DNA of 64,000 nt from an uncultured bacterium (GTDB taxonomy: Bacteria; Verrucomicrobiota; Verrucomicrobiia; Limisphaerales; UBA8199), in NCBI GenBank assembly GCA_963749495.1, contig CAVVMW010000023.1, positions 160,001 through 224,000 on the forward strand, given 5' to 3'. Numbering within the stretch: position 1 is the first letter of the stretch; each line of letters begins with the position of its first letter. The notes under the pieces are model-generated. The model was not told where the DNA came from and did not search any database. It worked only from the letters and a program-made list of their open reading frames with translations. Of this stretch, positions 1 to 10,595 are shown one piece after another. Position numbers and translations under genes: made by a program.

Positions 1-1271
1 ACGTGCCGGACCTGATCTACTTCAAGGACCTCGAGTCGCGGTTCGTCCGCCTGAGTAAGTCCAAAGTGGAATTCTCTTTCGCGTTGGTGCTGGGCCGGCA
101 TCGTGCCGGCCAAGCGGGCAACGACGGCCAGGAGTTGCCGCCGCACCTGGCCAGCCGCGAGCAGTTCGCCCAGTTCCTGATCGGCAAGAGCGATTTTGAC
201 GTTTACGATGTTGCGCGGGCCCGCTCCGCCTACACGGACGAGCAGGAGATCATCCGCACCGGCCAGCCCATTATCGGCAAGGCCGAGCACACGGTTTGCC
301 CGGACCGGAAGGTCTTGTGGATCCTGACCACCAAGATGCCCTGGCGGGACAAGGACGGCCGGATCATCGGGACCTTTGGCGTGTCGAAAGACATCACCGC
401 CATCAAAGAGGCCGAAGACAAACTCCAGGAGCTGCACAGGGAGCTGGTCGAGGCCTCGCGCCAGGCCGGCATGGCCGAGGTGGCCAGCAGCGTGCTCCAC
501 AATGTCCGCAACGTCCTCAACAGCGTCAACGTCTCGGCCAGCCTGATTCTGAACCAGTCCAAGGGCTCCAAGCTCCCCAACCTGGCGCGGGCGGCTGCGC
601 TCCTGGGCGAGCACGCGGGGGACCTGGGGCAATTCCTGACAGCCGACCCGCGCGGCCAGCGCCTGCCGGCCTACCTGGGACAACTGGCCCAGCACCTCGC
701 CGGCGAGCAGGAGGCCTTGCTCAACGAGGCCCGCTCCCTGGTGCAAAACGTCGAGCACATCAAGGAAATCGTCAGCGTCCAGCAGGGCTATGCCAAAGCC
801 CTGGGCGTGGCCGAGACCGTGCGCGCAACCGAGTTGGTCGAGGATGCCCTGCGCATGAACGCCAGCGCGCTGGCGCGCCATGACGTGCAACTGTCCCGCC
901 AATACGACCCTAACGTGCCGGCCATTACCGTCGAAAGACACAAGGTCCTCCAGGTGCTGGTGAACCTGATTCGCAACGCCGAATATGCCTGCGATGAGTC
1001 GGGGCGGCCGGACAAGCGCCTGACGGTCAAAGTGGCCAATGGCGGGGGGATGGTTCGGATCATGGTGAGCGACAACGGGGTGGGCATCCCGGCCGAGAAT
1101 CTCACGCGCATCTTCAATCACGGCTTTACCACCCGCAAGAACGGGCACGGCTTCGGCTTGCACAGTGGCGCCCTGGCGGCCAAAGAGATGGGCGGGGCGC
1201 TCCTGGCCGAGAGCGGCGGCCCCGGGCAGGGGGCCACCTTCACGCTGGAGTTGCCCCTCCAGCGCAATTGA
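1..1271 (+). CDS. PAS/PAC sensor histidine kinase (5' end outside window)
   Basis: PAS (YFKDLESRF...TTKMPWRDKDGRIIGTFGVSKDIT), H-box VLHNVRN, N-box QVLVNLIRNA, G-boxes DNGVG and GHGFGL. Confidence 0.9.
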   Translation, partial: VPDLIYFKDLESRFVRLSKSKVEFSFALVLGRHRAGQAGNDGQELPPHLASREQFAQFLIGKSDFDVYDVARARSAYTDEQEIIRTGQPIIGKAEHTVCPDRKVLWILTTKMPWRDKDGRIIGTFGVSKDITAIKEAEDKLQELHRELVEASRQAGMAEVASSVLHNVRNVLNSVNVSASLILNQSKGSKLPNLARAAALLGEHAGDLGQFLTADPRGQRLPAYLGQLAQHLAGEQEALLNEARSLVQNVEHIKEIVSVQQGYAKALGVAETVRATELVEDALRMNASALARHDVQLSRQYDPNVPAITVERHKVLQVLVNLIRNAEYACDESGRPDKRLTVKVANGGGMVRIMVSDNGVGIPAENLTRIFNHGFTTRKNGHGFGLHSGALAAKEMGGALLAESGGPGQGATFTLELPLQRN

Positions 1272-1278
1272 CCGGGCT

Positions 1279-3567
1279 ATGCCACTCCAACCTTCTCCAG
1301 ACCATCGCCGCATCCTCATCATCGATGACAATCCCTCGATCCACGCCGATTTCAGCAAGATCCTCGCCGACCACCCCCGGGCCACGGAGGGCCTGGCCAC
1401 GACGGAAACCGAGTTGTTTGGCAAGGCGGCCACCCAGGAGCAGCGCCGGCCCGGTTTCACGCTCAGTTCGGCCTTTCAGGGCGAGGAGGGCATCGAACTG
1501 GTGCGCGAGGGCGTGGAGGCGGGCCAGCCCTTCGCTGTGGCCTTCGTGGACGTGCGGATGCCGCCGGGACTGGACGGCATCGAGACCACCGCCAAGCTTT
1601 GGGAGATCGACCCCGACCTCCAGGTGGTGATCTGCACCGCGTTCTCGGATTATTCGTGGGAGGAGATGTCCGAGAAGCTTGGGAACTCGGATCGGATGGT
1701 CATCCTGAAGAAGCCGTTCGACACGGTCGAGGTGCTCCAGATGGCCAACGCGCTGACGGAGAAATGGCGGCTGTTCCAGGGCACCAAGCGGCGGATGGAC
1801 GAACTGGAGAAGCTGGTGGCCGAGCGCACGGCGCACCTCAAGGCCGCCAACGGGCAACTGGAGGCCGAGATTGGCCGGCGCATCCGGCGGGAGCAGTGCC
1901 TGAGCCTGCAGAACGAGGTCACGCGCGTGCTCACCAACCCGACGGCGTCCGCCGAGGAACTGAGCCAGAGCATTCTGCGGATCATCTGCGCGCGGATGGA
2001 GTGGGACCTGGGCCGGCTGTGGTGCGCCGAGCGGCACACCTCCCTGCTGCGCTGTTCGGCCGTCTTCGAGCGGAGCGGCGAGGTGGCGGTGCCCGTCGAG
2101 GGCCAAGCCGCGCCGGGCCCGGGCCGCGGCCTGGCGGGCCAGGTCTGGGAGCAAGGCGAGCCGGTTTGGGTGGCCGAGGAGGCCGGCGCCGGCGAACCCC
2201 CGTCGGGAGAAGAGGCGCCCTGGCGCTCGGGCTTTGCCTTCCCAATCCGCCTCGAGCGCGAGGTCCTGGGTGTGCTCGAATTCCGCAGCCGCCAGGGCCG
2301 CCCGCGCCAGGACGCCATGGTCGAGATGCTGACGACACTCGGGAGCCTCATCGGCCAGGCCGTCGAACGGAAGAAGCTCGAGGAGCAGTTGCGCCACTCC
2401 CAGAAAATGGATGCCATCGGCCACCTGGCCGGCGGCGTGGCCCACGATTTCAACAACATCCTCACCGTCATCCAGGGATATGCCCAACTGCTCCGGCACA
2501 AGCCCGGCCTGGATGCCGAGACCCTCGAGGCCTTGGACCAGGTCGCCCAGGCCTCCGAGCGGGCCGCCAGCCTCACTCGCCAGTTGCTCACCTTCAGCCG
2601 CAAAGAGATCATGCAGGCCCGCCCCCTGGACCTCAACAGCGTCTTGGCGCGCCTGGAGAAAATGCTCCGCCGCATCATCGGCGAGGACATCGCCCTGGCC
2701 TGCCGCCTCTGCCCGGAGCCCGCGGCGGTCCTGGGCGACGAGGACATGCTGACGCAGGTTCTAATGAACCTGGCGTGCAATGCCAGAGATGCGATGCACC
2801 GAGGTGGGGAGTTGACCCTGAGCACCGAGATTGTGGCCATCTCCGAGGACGCGGCCGCCGAGTCCTCCGAGGTGCGAAGCGGCGACTTCATCTGCCTGCG
2901 CGTCCGCGACACCGGCTGCGGCATCGCGCCCGAGCACCTCCCGCACATCTTCGAGCCGTTCTTCACGACCAAGGAAATCGGCCGCGGCACCGGGCTGGGG
3001 CTTTGCACCGTCTATGGCATCGTCAAACAGCATCGCGGCTGGATCGAGGTCGCCAGCCGCCCCGGGGCCGGCGCCACCTTCTCCATCTACTTGGCCCGCG
3101 TGGCCTTCCAGGCCCCCCCACCCCAAAGCGCCCGCTCCGAATCCAAGGCCCTGACCGGGCAGGAGACGATCCTCCTGGTCGAGGACGAAGCCCCCGTGCG
3201 GCGGCTCACCCGCGACTACTTGCAGCGCCTGGGATACCGCGTCGTCGAAGCCGCCTCGGGCGTCGAAGCCCTCTGCGCCTGGGACCAGCAGGCCCGAGCC
3301 ATCGATTTGCTCCTGACCGATATGGTCATGCCCCACGGCATCAGCGGGCGTGACCTGGCGGCGCGGTTGCGCGCCCGCCGCCCCAACCTGCCGGTCCTGT
3401 GTACCAGCGGCTATACCGCCACGGGCGGCGGGAACACCGACGAGGTGCTGGATGGCGCCGCCTTTCTGCACAAGCCGTTTTCGCTCCAATCCCTGGGCCG
3501 CGCCGTCCGCGACTGCCTGGATAAGGGCGCACGACCGGTTTCCCCGAGCGCCCTTCCTGCCGCCTAA
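1279..3567 (+). CDS. Hybrid response regulator/histidine kinase (REC-GAF-HisKA-HATPase-REC)
   Basis: N-terminal REC ([15 protein letters not shown]), [12 protein letters not shown]-box, [15 protein letters not shown]-terminal REC; ATG 8 nt after the upstream stop. Confidence 0.92.
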   Translation: MPLQPSPDHRRILIIDDNPSIHADFSKILADHPRATEGLATTETELFGKAATQEQRRPGFTLSSAFQGEEGIELVREGVEAGQPFAVAFVDVRMPPGLDGIETTAKLWEIDPDLQVVICTAFSDYSWEEMSEKLGNSDRMVILKKPFDTVEVLQMANALTEKWRLFQGTKRRMDELEKLVAERTAHLKAANGQLEAEIGRRIRREQCLSLQNEVTRVLTNPTASAEELSQSILRIICARMEWDLGRLWCAERHTSLLRCSAVFERSGEVAVPVEGQAAPGPGRGLAGQVWEQGEPVWVAEEAGAGEPPSGEEAPWRSGFAFPIRLEREVLGVLEFRSRQGRPRQDAMVEMLTTLGSLIGQAVERKKLEEQLRHSQKMDAIGHLAGGVAHDFNNILTVIQGYAQLLRHKPGLDAETLEALDQVAQASERAASLTRQLLTFSRKEIMQARPLDLNSVLARLEKMLRRIIGEDIALACRLCPEPAAVLGDEDMLTQVLMNLACNARDAMHRGGELTLSTEIVAISEDAAAESSEVRSGDFICLRVRDTGCGIAPEHLPHIFEPFFTTKEIGRGTGLGLCTVYGIVKQHRGWIEVASRPGAGATFSIYLARVAFQAPPPQSARSESKALTGQETILLVEDEAPVRRLTRDYLQRLGYRVVEAASGVEALCAWDQQARAIDLLLTDMVMPHGISGRDLAARLRARRPNLPVLCTSGYTATGGGNTDEVLDGAAFLHKPFSLQSLGRAVRDCLDKGARPVSPSALPAA

Positions 3568-3585
3568 AGGCCGCACCCAGCCGCT

Positions 3586-3669
3586 GGGGTCACATCTCAA
3601 CATTTGACATTTGTCCGACAAATGTCAAATGTTGAGATGTGACCCCTATGCTTGTTGAGATGTGACCCC
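3586..3669. repeat. 61-bp perfect palindrome (GGGGTCA...TGACCCC, REP-like) plus a partial third arm
   Basis: 3586-3615 is the exact reverse complement of 3617-3646; TGTTGAGATGTGACCCC recurs at 3653-3669; lies between convergent genes. Confidence 0.9.
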
Positions 3670-3683
3670 ACTGCCTAAAGGGA

Positions 3684-4793
3684 CTACACGTTGAACTTGA
3701 TGAGGAGCACGTCGCCGTCGCGGACGACGTAATCGCGGCCTTCGACGCGGTAGTGCCCGGTCTCGCGGGCGCGGCCGACCGAGCCGCAACTGACCAGGTC
3801 TTCCCAATGGACGGTCTCGGCCTTGATGAAGCCGCGCTCGAAATCGGTGTGGATCGTGCCGGCGGCCTTGACGGCGGCGTCGCCGGCGTGAATGGTCCAG
3901 GCGCGGGCCTCCTTCTCATTGAAGGTGAAGAAGGTCCGCAATCCCAGGAGCCGGTAAGTGCTGCGGATGAGCGCATCCAGGCCCGACTCGCTGACGCCCA
4001 ACTCCTTGAGGTAGGCCTGACCTTCCTCGGGCGACAGGTCAGCCAGGTCGCTCTCGAGTTGGGCGCAGACGACAACGGTGCCGCAATGTTGGTGGGTGCT
4101 CGCGAACTCGCTCACGGCCGCCACGAGCGGGTCGTCCTGGGCGCCGGCCAGGCCGGCCTCCTTCACGTTGGCCGCAAAGATGGTCGGCTTGTCGGTGAGC
4201 AGGCAAAAGGTGCGGACGATGGCCTTTTGCTCCGGGGCCAGCGGCAGGCCCAGAGTGTTGGCCGGTTTGCCGGCGTCGAGGTGGGCATCGAGCTTTTCGA
4301 GCAGGTGCGCCTCCAGCAAGGCATGCTTGTCGCCGCGCTTGACGTCGCGAGAGATCTTCTCCAGCCGCTTGTGGACCGTCTCCAGGTCGGCCAGCACCAG
4401 TTCGGTCAACACGATTTCAATGTCCCGCACCGGGTCCAGGCCCTCGGTCACGTGAACGATGTCCGGGTCCTCGAAGCAGCGGACAACCTGGACCAGCGCA
4501 TCCACCTCGCGGATGTGGCTCAGGAACTTGTTGCCCAGGCCCTCCCCGCGCGACGCCCCTTTGACCAGCCCGGCGATGTCGACAAACTCGATCGTGGCCG
4601 GGATGAGGGTATTGACCTTGGCCACCCGCGCCACCTGGGTCAGGCGCCCGTCCGGGACGCTCACCACGCCCAGGTTCGGTTCGATCGTGCAGAAGGGGTA
4701 GTTCTCGGCGGGGGCCTTGTGCGAACGGGTCACCGCGTTGAACAGCGTCAACTTGCCCACATTCGGTAGTCCGACAATGCCGGCCTTTAGCAT
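3684..4793 (-). CDS. ychF: Redox-regulated ATPase YchF (Obg family)
   Basis: [48 protein letters not shown]-terminal TGS domain; start set at MLKAGIVG. Confidence 0.95.
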   Translation of the reverse strand: MLKAGIVGLPNVGKLTLFNAVTRSHKAPAENYPFCTIEPNLGVVSVPDGRLTQVARVAKVNTLIPATIEFVDIAGLVKGASRGEGLGNKFLSHIREVDALVQVVRCFEDPDIVHVTEGLDPVRDIEIVLTELVLADLETVHKRLEKISRDVKRGDKHALLEAHLLEKLDAHLDAGKPANTLGLPLAPEQKAIVRTFCLLTDKPTIFAANVKEAGLAGAQDDPLVAAVSEFASTHQHCGTVVVCAQLESDLADLSPEEGQAYLKELGVSESGLDALIRSTYRLLGLRTFFTFNEKEARAWTIHAGDAAVKAAGTIHTDFERGFIKAETVHWEDLVSCGSVGRARETGHYRVEGRDYVVRDGDVLLIKFNV

Positions 4794-4874
4794 GGGGCCA
4801 CTTATAGCCGGACCTCCGCTCCATTGCAACGGACAAGTCATCGAAAGCTGGAGATGCGCCCGCAGACCCGAGTC

Positions 4875-4963
4875 CGGACCTTTGTCGCAACCTTTGTCGC
4901 GGCCTTTGTCGAGGCATGGCCAACCCGGCAAAGGTTGCGACAAAGGCCGCGACAAAGGTCTGG
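4875..4963. repeat. Inverted repeat built from 12-bp-period CCTTTGTCG units, copy 1
   Basis: Three CCTTTGTCG units followed by three (CGA)CAAAGG units; second copy at 9803-9890. Confidence 0.85.
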
Positions 4964-4998
4964 GATCGGAGTTTCCCGGTTAATTTTGCCAGCCGCTC

Positions 4999-6433
4999 TT
5001 ACGGCCTTGCGGGGCTCAGGTCGGTGTCGCGCAGGAGGATTGTTCCGACCTGGTTGGTGGCCAGGGTGGGCTGGGCGCCGGGCACGCGGGTGAATTTGAC
5101 AGAGTCCAGGTTGAGCCGCTGCACCTGGTCGGCCCTGGCGACGGGGCGGAGGTCATCCTTGGCCAGGCTGAGGCGGACATCTTCGAGGGTGAGTTGCTCG
5201 ACGTTGCGGGCATAAAGGCCCCAGGCGGGGAGCGGGCGGCAATCGACGCCGGGGCCCTGGACCGGGAGTGTGGCCTGTTGGGCCTTGCCGCCGCCGTTGA
5301 ACTCAATGCTGGCGCCGCGAACCACCACGTTGGTGATGGGCGCGTCCGACCAACTCTCGAGCGAGAGCGCGGAGCGGTAAACGCCTGTGGCGGTCAGGCC
5401 GGCAACGGTGACTCGATTGACCGGGTTGCCCGGTTTGGTCCAGAGGGTCACGGGCGAGGCGACGTCGCGCATGGTGTTGTTAGCCAGCAGGACCTCATCG
5501 AGCAGGCCCTGGGTGCGGTCCCAGGCGCCGGGCTGGAGGATGATGCCGCTGAGCATGTTGTTGCGGTTGGAGGTGCGGTGCGGCCGCAAGCCGGGGCCGT
5601 AAAAGAGGCAGTGGTCCACGATCAGCCGGGTCGCCGGGCCGATCAGCCGGATGCCGTTGCAGGACGAGTTGATGGTGCAGCCCGCTATCACCACGTTGTC
5701 CCAGTAACGGCCTGCGATCGAGTCATCCCCGGTATAGAAACGGCAACCGGTGATGTTCACATGATGGCACCAGCGATCGGGTGCGCCGCGGAAATGCACC
5801 CCGTCCCAGCCACCCGTAATCGTCACGTCCCGGATGTCCACGTCATCGCTGGCCTGGAAGAAGACGGCGTAATTTGCGGAGTCCAGGATCGAGAACGTCG
5901 CGCAAGGTGAACCGGCGGCAGTTGACAAAGGTGATGGTGTGGGGACCGCGCATGTGTTCCTCGCCCGCCGGGTCGAAGACCTTGCCGCCATCGATCACGC
6001 CCTGGCCGGCGATAGTGATGTCCTCCGCGTCCTGGCCCACGAGCAATCCCCGGTGCCAATTGCCCCACCGGGCCTCCGGCATGAACGGCGGCACTTCCGG
6101 CCGCTGGTAGAGCGCCAGGTTCGTCGTGCCGGAGAGCGTCGCCCCGGCGCAGAAGAACAGCGTGACGTGGCTCCGCAAATGCACTGTCCCGGAGAGGTAA
6201 CGGCCCGGCGGGAACAGGACCTGTCCGCCCCCGGCCTCCGCGCAGGCCCCAATGGCCTGGTTGATGGCGCCGGTGTCCAGCGTCGCGCCGTCGCCCCTGG
6301 CGCCGTAATCGCAGATGTCGAATGTGCGCCTGGCCGCCCCGCTGCCCGGCGAGCCGGCGGCTTCGGCCCCGAGCGCGGCCCCGGCCAGCAGAGCGCCAAG
6401 GCAACTTGCCAACAGAAGAAAGCTTCGATTCAT
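4999..6433 (-). CDS. Secreted pectin-lyase-fold glycoside hydrolase (GH28-like), frameshift near 5895
   Basis: Signal peptide, YGARGDG..DT.AINQAI, PPGRYLSG, then DG.H and GDDSIA motifs in the second frame; frames join at ...FTLRDV/SILDSANY. Confidence 0.8.
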
Positions 6434-6473
6434 AACTGCACCCGACCCGAGGAGTATCCAAACGCAGGGCCAT

Positions 6474-6530
6474 GTGTCGAGTGCCGAGTGTCGAGGGGCG
6501 GGGGACGAGGGACGAGAGGCGAGGGGCTCG
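6474..6530. repeat. Heptameric tandem repeats (TGTCGAG/GGACGAG type)
   Basis: About 7-bp periodicity; related runs at 6779-6810, 32503-32520 and 32684-32741. Confidence 0.6.
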
Positions 6531-6540
6531 ACTGCGCGCG

Positions 6541-6755
6541 CGCGTCGCGTAGCGACGCAGTGAAGGTAGCCGTGGACCTCGGTCCACGGTTTCGGGGCGT
6601 GGGAATGGAGGCGCGTCGCGCAGCGACGCCTGACGGTCTCGCGCTGGCAGATCCAATCGTGTTTTCAGGCGTCACTACGCGACGCGGGTGAGCTTGGGCC
6701 ATGGGTCCGTGGACTGGAAGTCCACGGCTACCATCACACACCGCTACGCGGTGAC
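6541..6755. repeat. REP doublet (CCGTGGAC-N-GTCCACGG / GTCGC-TA-GCGAC family), two inverted units
   Basis: 6541-6633 and 6665-6755 are inverted relatives; 6641-6755 recurs at 46452-46566. Confidence 0.85.
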
Positions 6756-6808
6756 GGTCTCGATGACCGGCGCTTCGTTCCCTCGTCCCTCGGCTCTCGC
6801 CCCTCGGC

Positions 6809-8210
6809 TCACTCAAACGACCAGTAATGCACCGCCCACGGGTCGAGGGGCACCGCCAAGCGCTGGTCGCCGGCCTTGAGAGTGGCGAACGGCTCGGGGC
6901 GCAGGCGGGTGTTCTCGTCGCTGCCGGGGGCGGTCGCGTCCAGGACGATATGCCGGGTGCGCATCTGTTTGGGCAGGCCGGCCAGGTCAAGCCGGGCCTG
7001 GACCGTCGCCCCTGAGAAGTTCCATAGCACCAGGGTCCACATCTGCAACTGCTCATCGTGGGCGGCCAGGCCGTGCACGGAGCGATGGGTCGAGGTCAGC
7101 CTCAGCCGTTCCCCGGCCAGGCGCGAGAGCAATTTGAAGGCGAAATAAGCGGGCCGGACGTTGTCCTGGTAGTCGAAGAGGCCGTCGAACTGCGGCATGC
7201 GGTTCCACCAGCGCGTCATGAAGGCGGTGCCGCGGCGCGACATGAACGGCGCGAACTGCTCGAAGGAGACATGCCAATCGCGAATGTGATAATAGCAGGA
7301 GTGGTCCAAGCCGGCTTCCTTCATCTGCCAGACGGTCTCCGCCACAAAACAGGGCTGGAACCGCGAATCCAGCGGCGGGTTCATCAGGTCCATGTTCCAT
7401 TCGTCCAGGAAGGTCTCGGGCTTGAGCGCGGGGTATTTTCGGAGCAGATCCTTGATGTAATCGATCGTCCCGCGAATGGCCCTTGGGTCGCTGCTATAGA
7501 TGTGCCAGGAGACGAAATGGAGCGGGGTGGCGTTGGTCTGGCAGGAGTTCAGGAGCGCCGGCAGGAGAGCGGAGCGGGGATTTGCCAGCGCCGGCCCGCC
7601 CACGCGCGCCTCCGGGTCGGCCTGCAGCACCGCCGCCGCCGTGTGCCGGTAATACCTGGCGTAGCTCTCCGGCCTGAAACGGTAAGGACAGCCGCCGTCC
7701 TCGCCGATGTCCGGCTCGTTGGCGATTTCCCAATAGCGGATGCCTGCGCCGCGGGCCTTGTAATGTTCCACCAGCTTGCCAATCAGCGCCTCCCATTGGG
7801 CGTAATCGTTGGGCTCGACCACGTCCTGGTCCAGGGCCGGGAAGAGGAGGCGCGGCTTGAAGCAAAGGCACATCAGCGGCTGCGCCCCCGCCTCCAGGAT
7901 CGTCCCCACGCACCGATCCAGCGTGTCGAACTGACACCGCCCGCGCTCGGGCAGCAGGTTGAAATACTCCTGGACGAAGAGCCGGATCAGGCGCGGGTGG
8001 AGCGCGCGGATTTCCGGGACGCGCCCGGCCCAAATCGGGTCGGCCGCCAGGCCGCCCTGGCCCAGGGCCATCGCATCGATGGCCATAGGCCCAAGCCGTT
8101 GGCCGAAGGCAACCTGGACCTCGGCTGTCTGCGCCCTCGCGCTGGCCGAAGCCCGCGCCGGCAACCAGACCCACCAGCAGAAGCAGATGCTGACGATGGC
8201 TCAAGTTCAT
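6809..8210 (-). CDS. Secreted clan GH-A glycoside hydrolase (GH39-like), frameshift near 8150
   Basis: YWEIANEPD acid/base, VGGPAL, FVSWHIY, FLDEWN nucleophile; signal peptide MNLSHRQHLLLLVGL lies in the adjacent frame. Confidence 0.82.
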
Positions 8211-8287
8211 GCCCATTGCATAGCCGTTATTGCGCGGTTTGGAAATGACAAAGACTCCAGTTTGGGCGCACGAGAGAATTCTTCGCT

Positions 8288-8339
8288 GCCGCCTAAAGGC
8301 GGCGTTCCACAGCCAACCGGAACGCCGCCTTCAGGCGGC
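8288..8339. repeat. REP pair GCCGCCT(A/T)(A/C)AGGCGGC
   Basis: GCCGCCTAAAGGCGGCGTTCC ... GGAACGCCGCCTTCAGGCGGC inverted repeat. Confidence 0.75.
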
Positions 8340-8554
8340 AGGATGGCCGGTCGAAGAAATCCGTCGTGCGCGCCTCCAGTTTTCCTCTTGTTTTTGGCGC
8401 GGGCACGAGTAGTATCGTCGGCACTGGGTTAAGATCGATGCCGGGTTACAAGGCCTGCTCCAGACCGGATGAACAGCCGCCCGTTCGAGGGGCCTGTGCC
8501 CATGGCGCTCGACCCGGTGAAGAACACGTGATTTTTGTCGCTTGATGGGGCATT

Positions 8555-8722
8555 ATGGACCCTTACCGCGTTGACCTTGAGCCGTTGATGACGTTGCTGG
8601 CCTGCGCTTTCGCCGCGGTGTGCCTGGTCTTCATCGGCTACCTCGCCTGGAGAAAATTCGGACCCCGCCATCGCCACCGGCATCATCACAGCCGCATGCG
8701 CCGTTTCACGGGAAGAAGCTGA
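8555..8722 (+). CDS. Small single-pass membrane protein with His/Arg-rich tail (55 aa, absent from ORF track)
   Basis: Hand translation MDPYRVDLEPLMTLLACAFAAVCLVFIGYLAWRKFGPRHRHRHHHSRMRRFTGRS: hydrophobic helix followed by a basic tail. Confidence 0.6.
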   Translation: MDPYRVDLEPLMTLLACAFAAVCLVFIGYLAWRKFGPRHRHRHHHSRMRRFTGRS

Positions 8723-8963
8723 CAGCCAAGGGGCGCGTCCCGGAACCCCCCTGCGCCCTGCTATGGCGCCAATAACGAAGTTCTTCTCTGCGTTCTTTGC
8801 GTCTCTGTGGTTTCATGGCCCACCCGGACCGGCCTGGCGCCAGTATCCGGCCCCAACGTCCCTCTCTCAGGCTGCCGCACCGGACGCTCTGGGTTTCGGT
8901 CGCAGTTGGGCCGCGCTGGGGCATGCTGCTGATTCAGCCGTCCGTTGGGGACGGACCCAACAC

Positions 8964-9126
8964 TAAGGCGGTGGAAATAAATAAAGGTGGCAAGATGCCG
9001 CCGGGATTTTGGCGCCCAGCGAGGCGTGAACGAGGCGCATATCCAGTGATCTGCAACGAGTGAACAACGAAGCTGGGCGGCAAAAGAACAAGGCATGTTG
9101 CTACCTTTATTTATTTCCACCGCCTA
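8964..9126. mobile_element. MITE-like element with ~35-bp terminal inverted repeats
   Basis: AGGCGGTGGAAATAAATAAAGGTGGCAAGATGCC versus reverse complement AGGCGGTGGAAATAAATAAAGGTAGCAACATGCC; no coding capacity. Confidence 0.8.
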
Positions 9127-9349
9127 AACGGGGTGTCCCCGAGCCGACGCGCCGGGCCGTTATCGAAATGCCCCCCCGGGACAACCACGGCTCCTGCTCT
9201 GCCCTGCGGCACTTCGGGACAGAGGGTTGACCGGAGGGGGTTTTGGGAGGTAAGCTCCTGGCCGTCATGAACCTCCAATTAGAGTTGCGGGGGCTCAATA
9301 TGCGAGCCGATGGTTTGTTGAATAAGGGTTAGGCGGTTCCCGGCATGTT

Positions 9350-9499
9350 ATGAAAAACCTGATTCTGGCGCTGGCCTTTGTCGTTATCGCTTCTGCGCTC
9401 GTTGCAGGCTGCGGAGAAAAACCGTCGAACCCATCCACGGGGAATCGCGGCAGTCATTTGACCGCGTCAGACTTAGCACAGCTATTTGGACAATGTTAG
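9350..9499 (+). pseudogene. Lipoprotein gene, probably truncated by the adjacent repeat element
   Basis: MKNLILALAFVVIASALVAG-CGEK lipobox; the stop codon lies inside the left IR of the 9493-9765 element. Confidence 0.55.
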
Positions 9500-9765
9500 A
9501 TTTCCCCGGAAAAGTAGCCACCGCGGTCAATCTTGTCCCGGAGGGACACTTGAGAATAGCCCAACGTTTCAACGTTGGGTTTAGCCGCCACAGGGGAATA
9601 AGTCCCGTAGGGACGGCTGAACAGCTTGTTGCTTTCAGCCGTCCCTACGGGACTCATGATTATTCGGTGCGAGTGAACCCAACGTTGAAACGTTGGGCTA
9701 TTCTCAGATGTCCCTACGGGACAGGACTCGGGAGCGTTCAGCCTGTTTCCGAGGGAATCTAGCAT
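9493..9765. repeat. REP cluster (GTCCC-N-GGGAC / CCCAACGTTT/GAAACGTTGGG) inside a 20-bp outer IR
   Basis: Outer ATGTTAGATTTCCCCGGAAA / TTTCCGAGGGAATCTAGCAT; inner arms 9535-9620 and 9633-9722 are inverted. Confidence 0.85.
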
Positions 9766-9781
9766 CGTCGGACTATTGAGG

Positions 9782-9918
9782 GCCTGTCCCAAGAGCTCTG
9801 GTTCCGGACCTTTGTCGCAGCCTTTGTCGGCGCCTTTGTCGAAAGAGGGCCAATCCGACAAAGGTTTCGACAAAGGCTGCGACAAAGGTCGCCCACTCGC
9901 GGGGCCCTTGGGACAGGC
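9782..9918. repeat. CCTTTGTCG-unit inverted repeat, copy 2, with outer IR GCCTGTCCCAAG
   Basis: Same core as 4875-4963; outer GCCTGTCCCAAG / CTTGGGACAGGC. Confidence 0.85.
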
Positions 9919-9919
9919 T

Positions 9920-10519
9920 CTATTTAGGAACCGCCTTGCCCTCGATCTTCGCCAAAGCCTCGGTTGCTGCTGCCCCGAGCGTGTCCGCGAACTGCCCTTT
10001 CTCCTGGCTCTTCCTGGCCTCGCGCAAAGCAGGGATGGCGGCCTTCGCGAGCGGGCCGGCGTCTCCCAATTCGTGGATCGCGACGACAGCAAGCCCTTCG
10101 GGGGACGCGCCTCTGGTGATCTCAATGAGGGCCGCGATCGCGGCGGCATGTCCTGGTTCGGCCCTCAGGAGCTTGCGGGCTGCCTCCGGGCGCGCTATCG
10201 CGTCCCGGTCCCGCAGCATCTTCAGAAGCGGCCGTTCCCAAATCTCCTTTTCCGCGCCGATGCATTCGAGCGCAGTGGCCAAGACCGAGGGATCCACTCG
10301 GCCGCAGTTGACCAGCTCCAGGAGAAGCGGTATGGCGGGCTTCGCATTCGGGCCGAGCCTGCTCAGGCTGGCAACAAATTGGTCGAGACCATAAGGGCCC
10401 TGTCCTTTCCTCAACTCCTCCAGGAGCGCGAGGGTGCCCGGCAACTCCCGTGCGTCGATCCGGCAAATCACCTCGGCCAGCGGCTGGCGGCGTGAACCCG
10501 CCAAAGTCGCGGATTCCAC
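9920..10519 (-). CDS. HEAT-repeat protein, possibly a C-terminal fragment
   Basis: Repeated LGP.AKPAIPLL / LGDAGPLAKAAIPAL / ALAKI motifs; weak GTG start. Confidence 0.65.
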   Translation of the reverse strand: MESATLAGSRRQPLAEVICRIDARELPGTLALLEELRKGQGPYGLDQFVASLSRLGPNAKPAIPLLLELVNCGRVDPSVLATALECIGAEKEIWERPLLKMLRDRDAIARPEAARKLLRAEPGHAAAIAALIEITRGASPEGLAVVAIHELGDAGPLAKAAIPALREARKSQEKGQFADTLGAAATEALAKIEGKAVPK

Positions 10520-10595
10520 ACTCCAGTCGTTTGAATCCCGGTTGGTTCCTGGAATGTTGTCGGATATCGCAAGTCGGCTCCGATATACTTAATGA

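Noticed and set aside
4875..4963. CCTTTGTCG repeats as CRISPR or iterons
   Set aside because: 12-bp period arranged as an inverted hairpin and duplicated at 9803-9890, so a dispersed REP-like element
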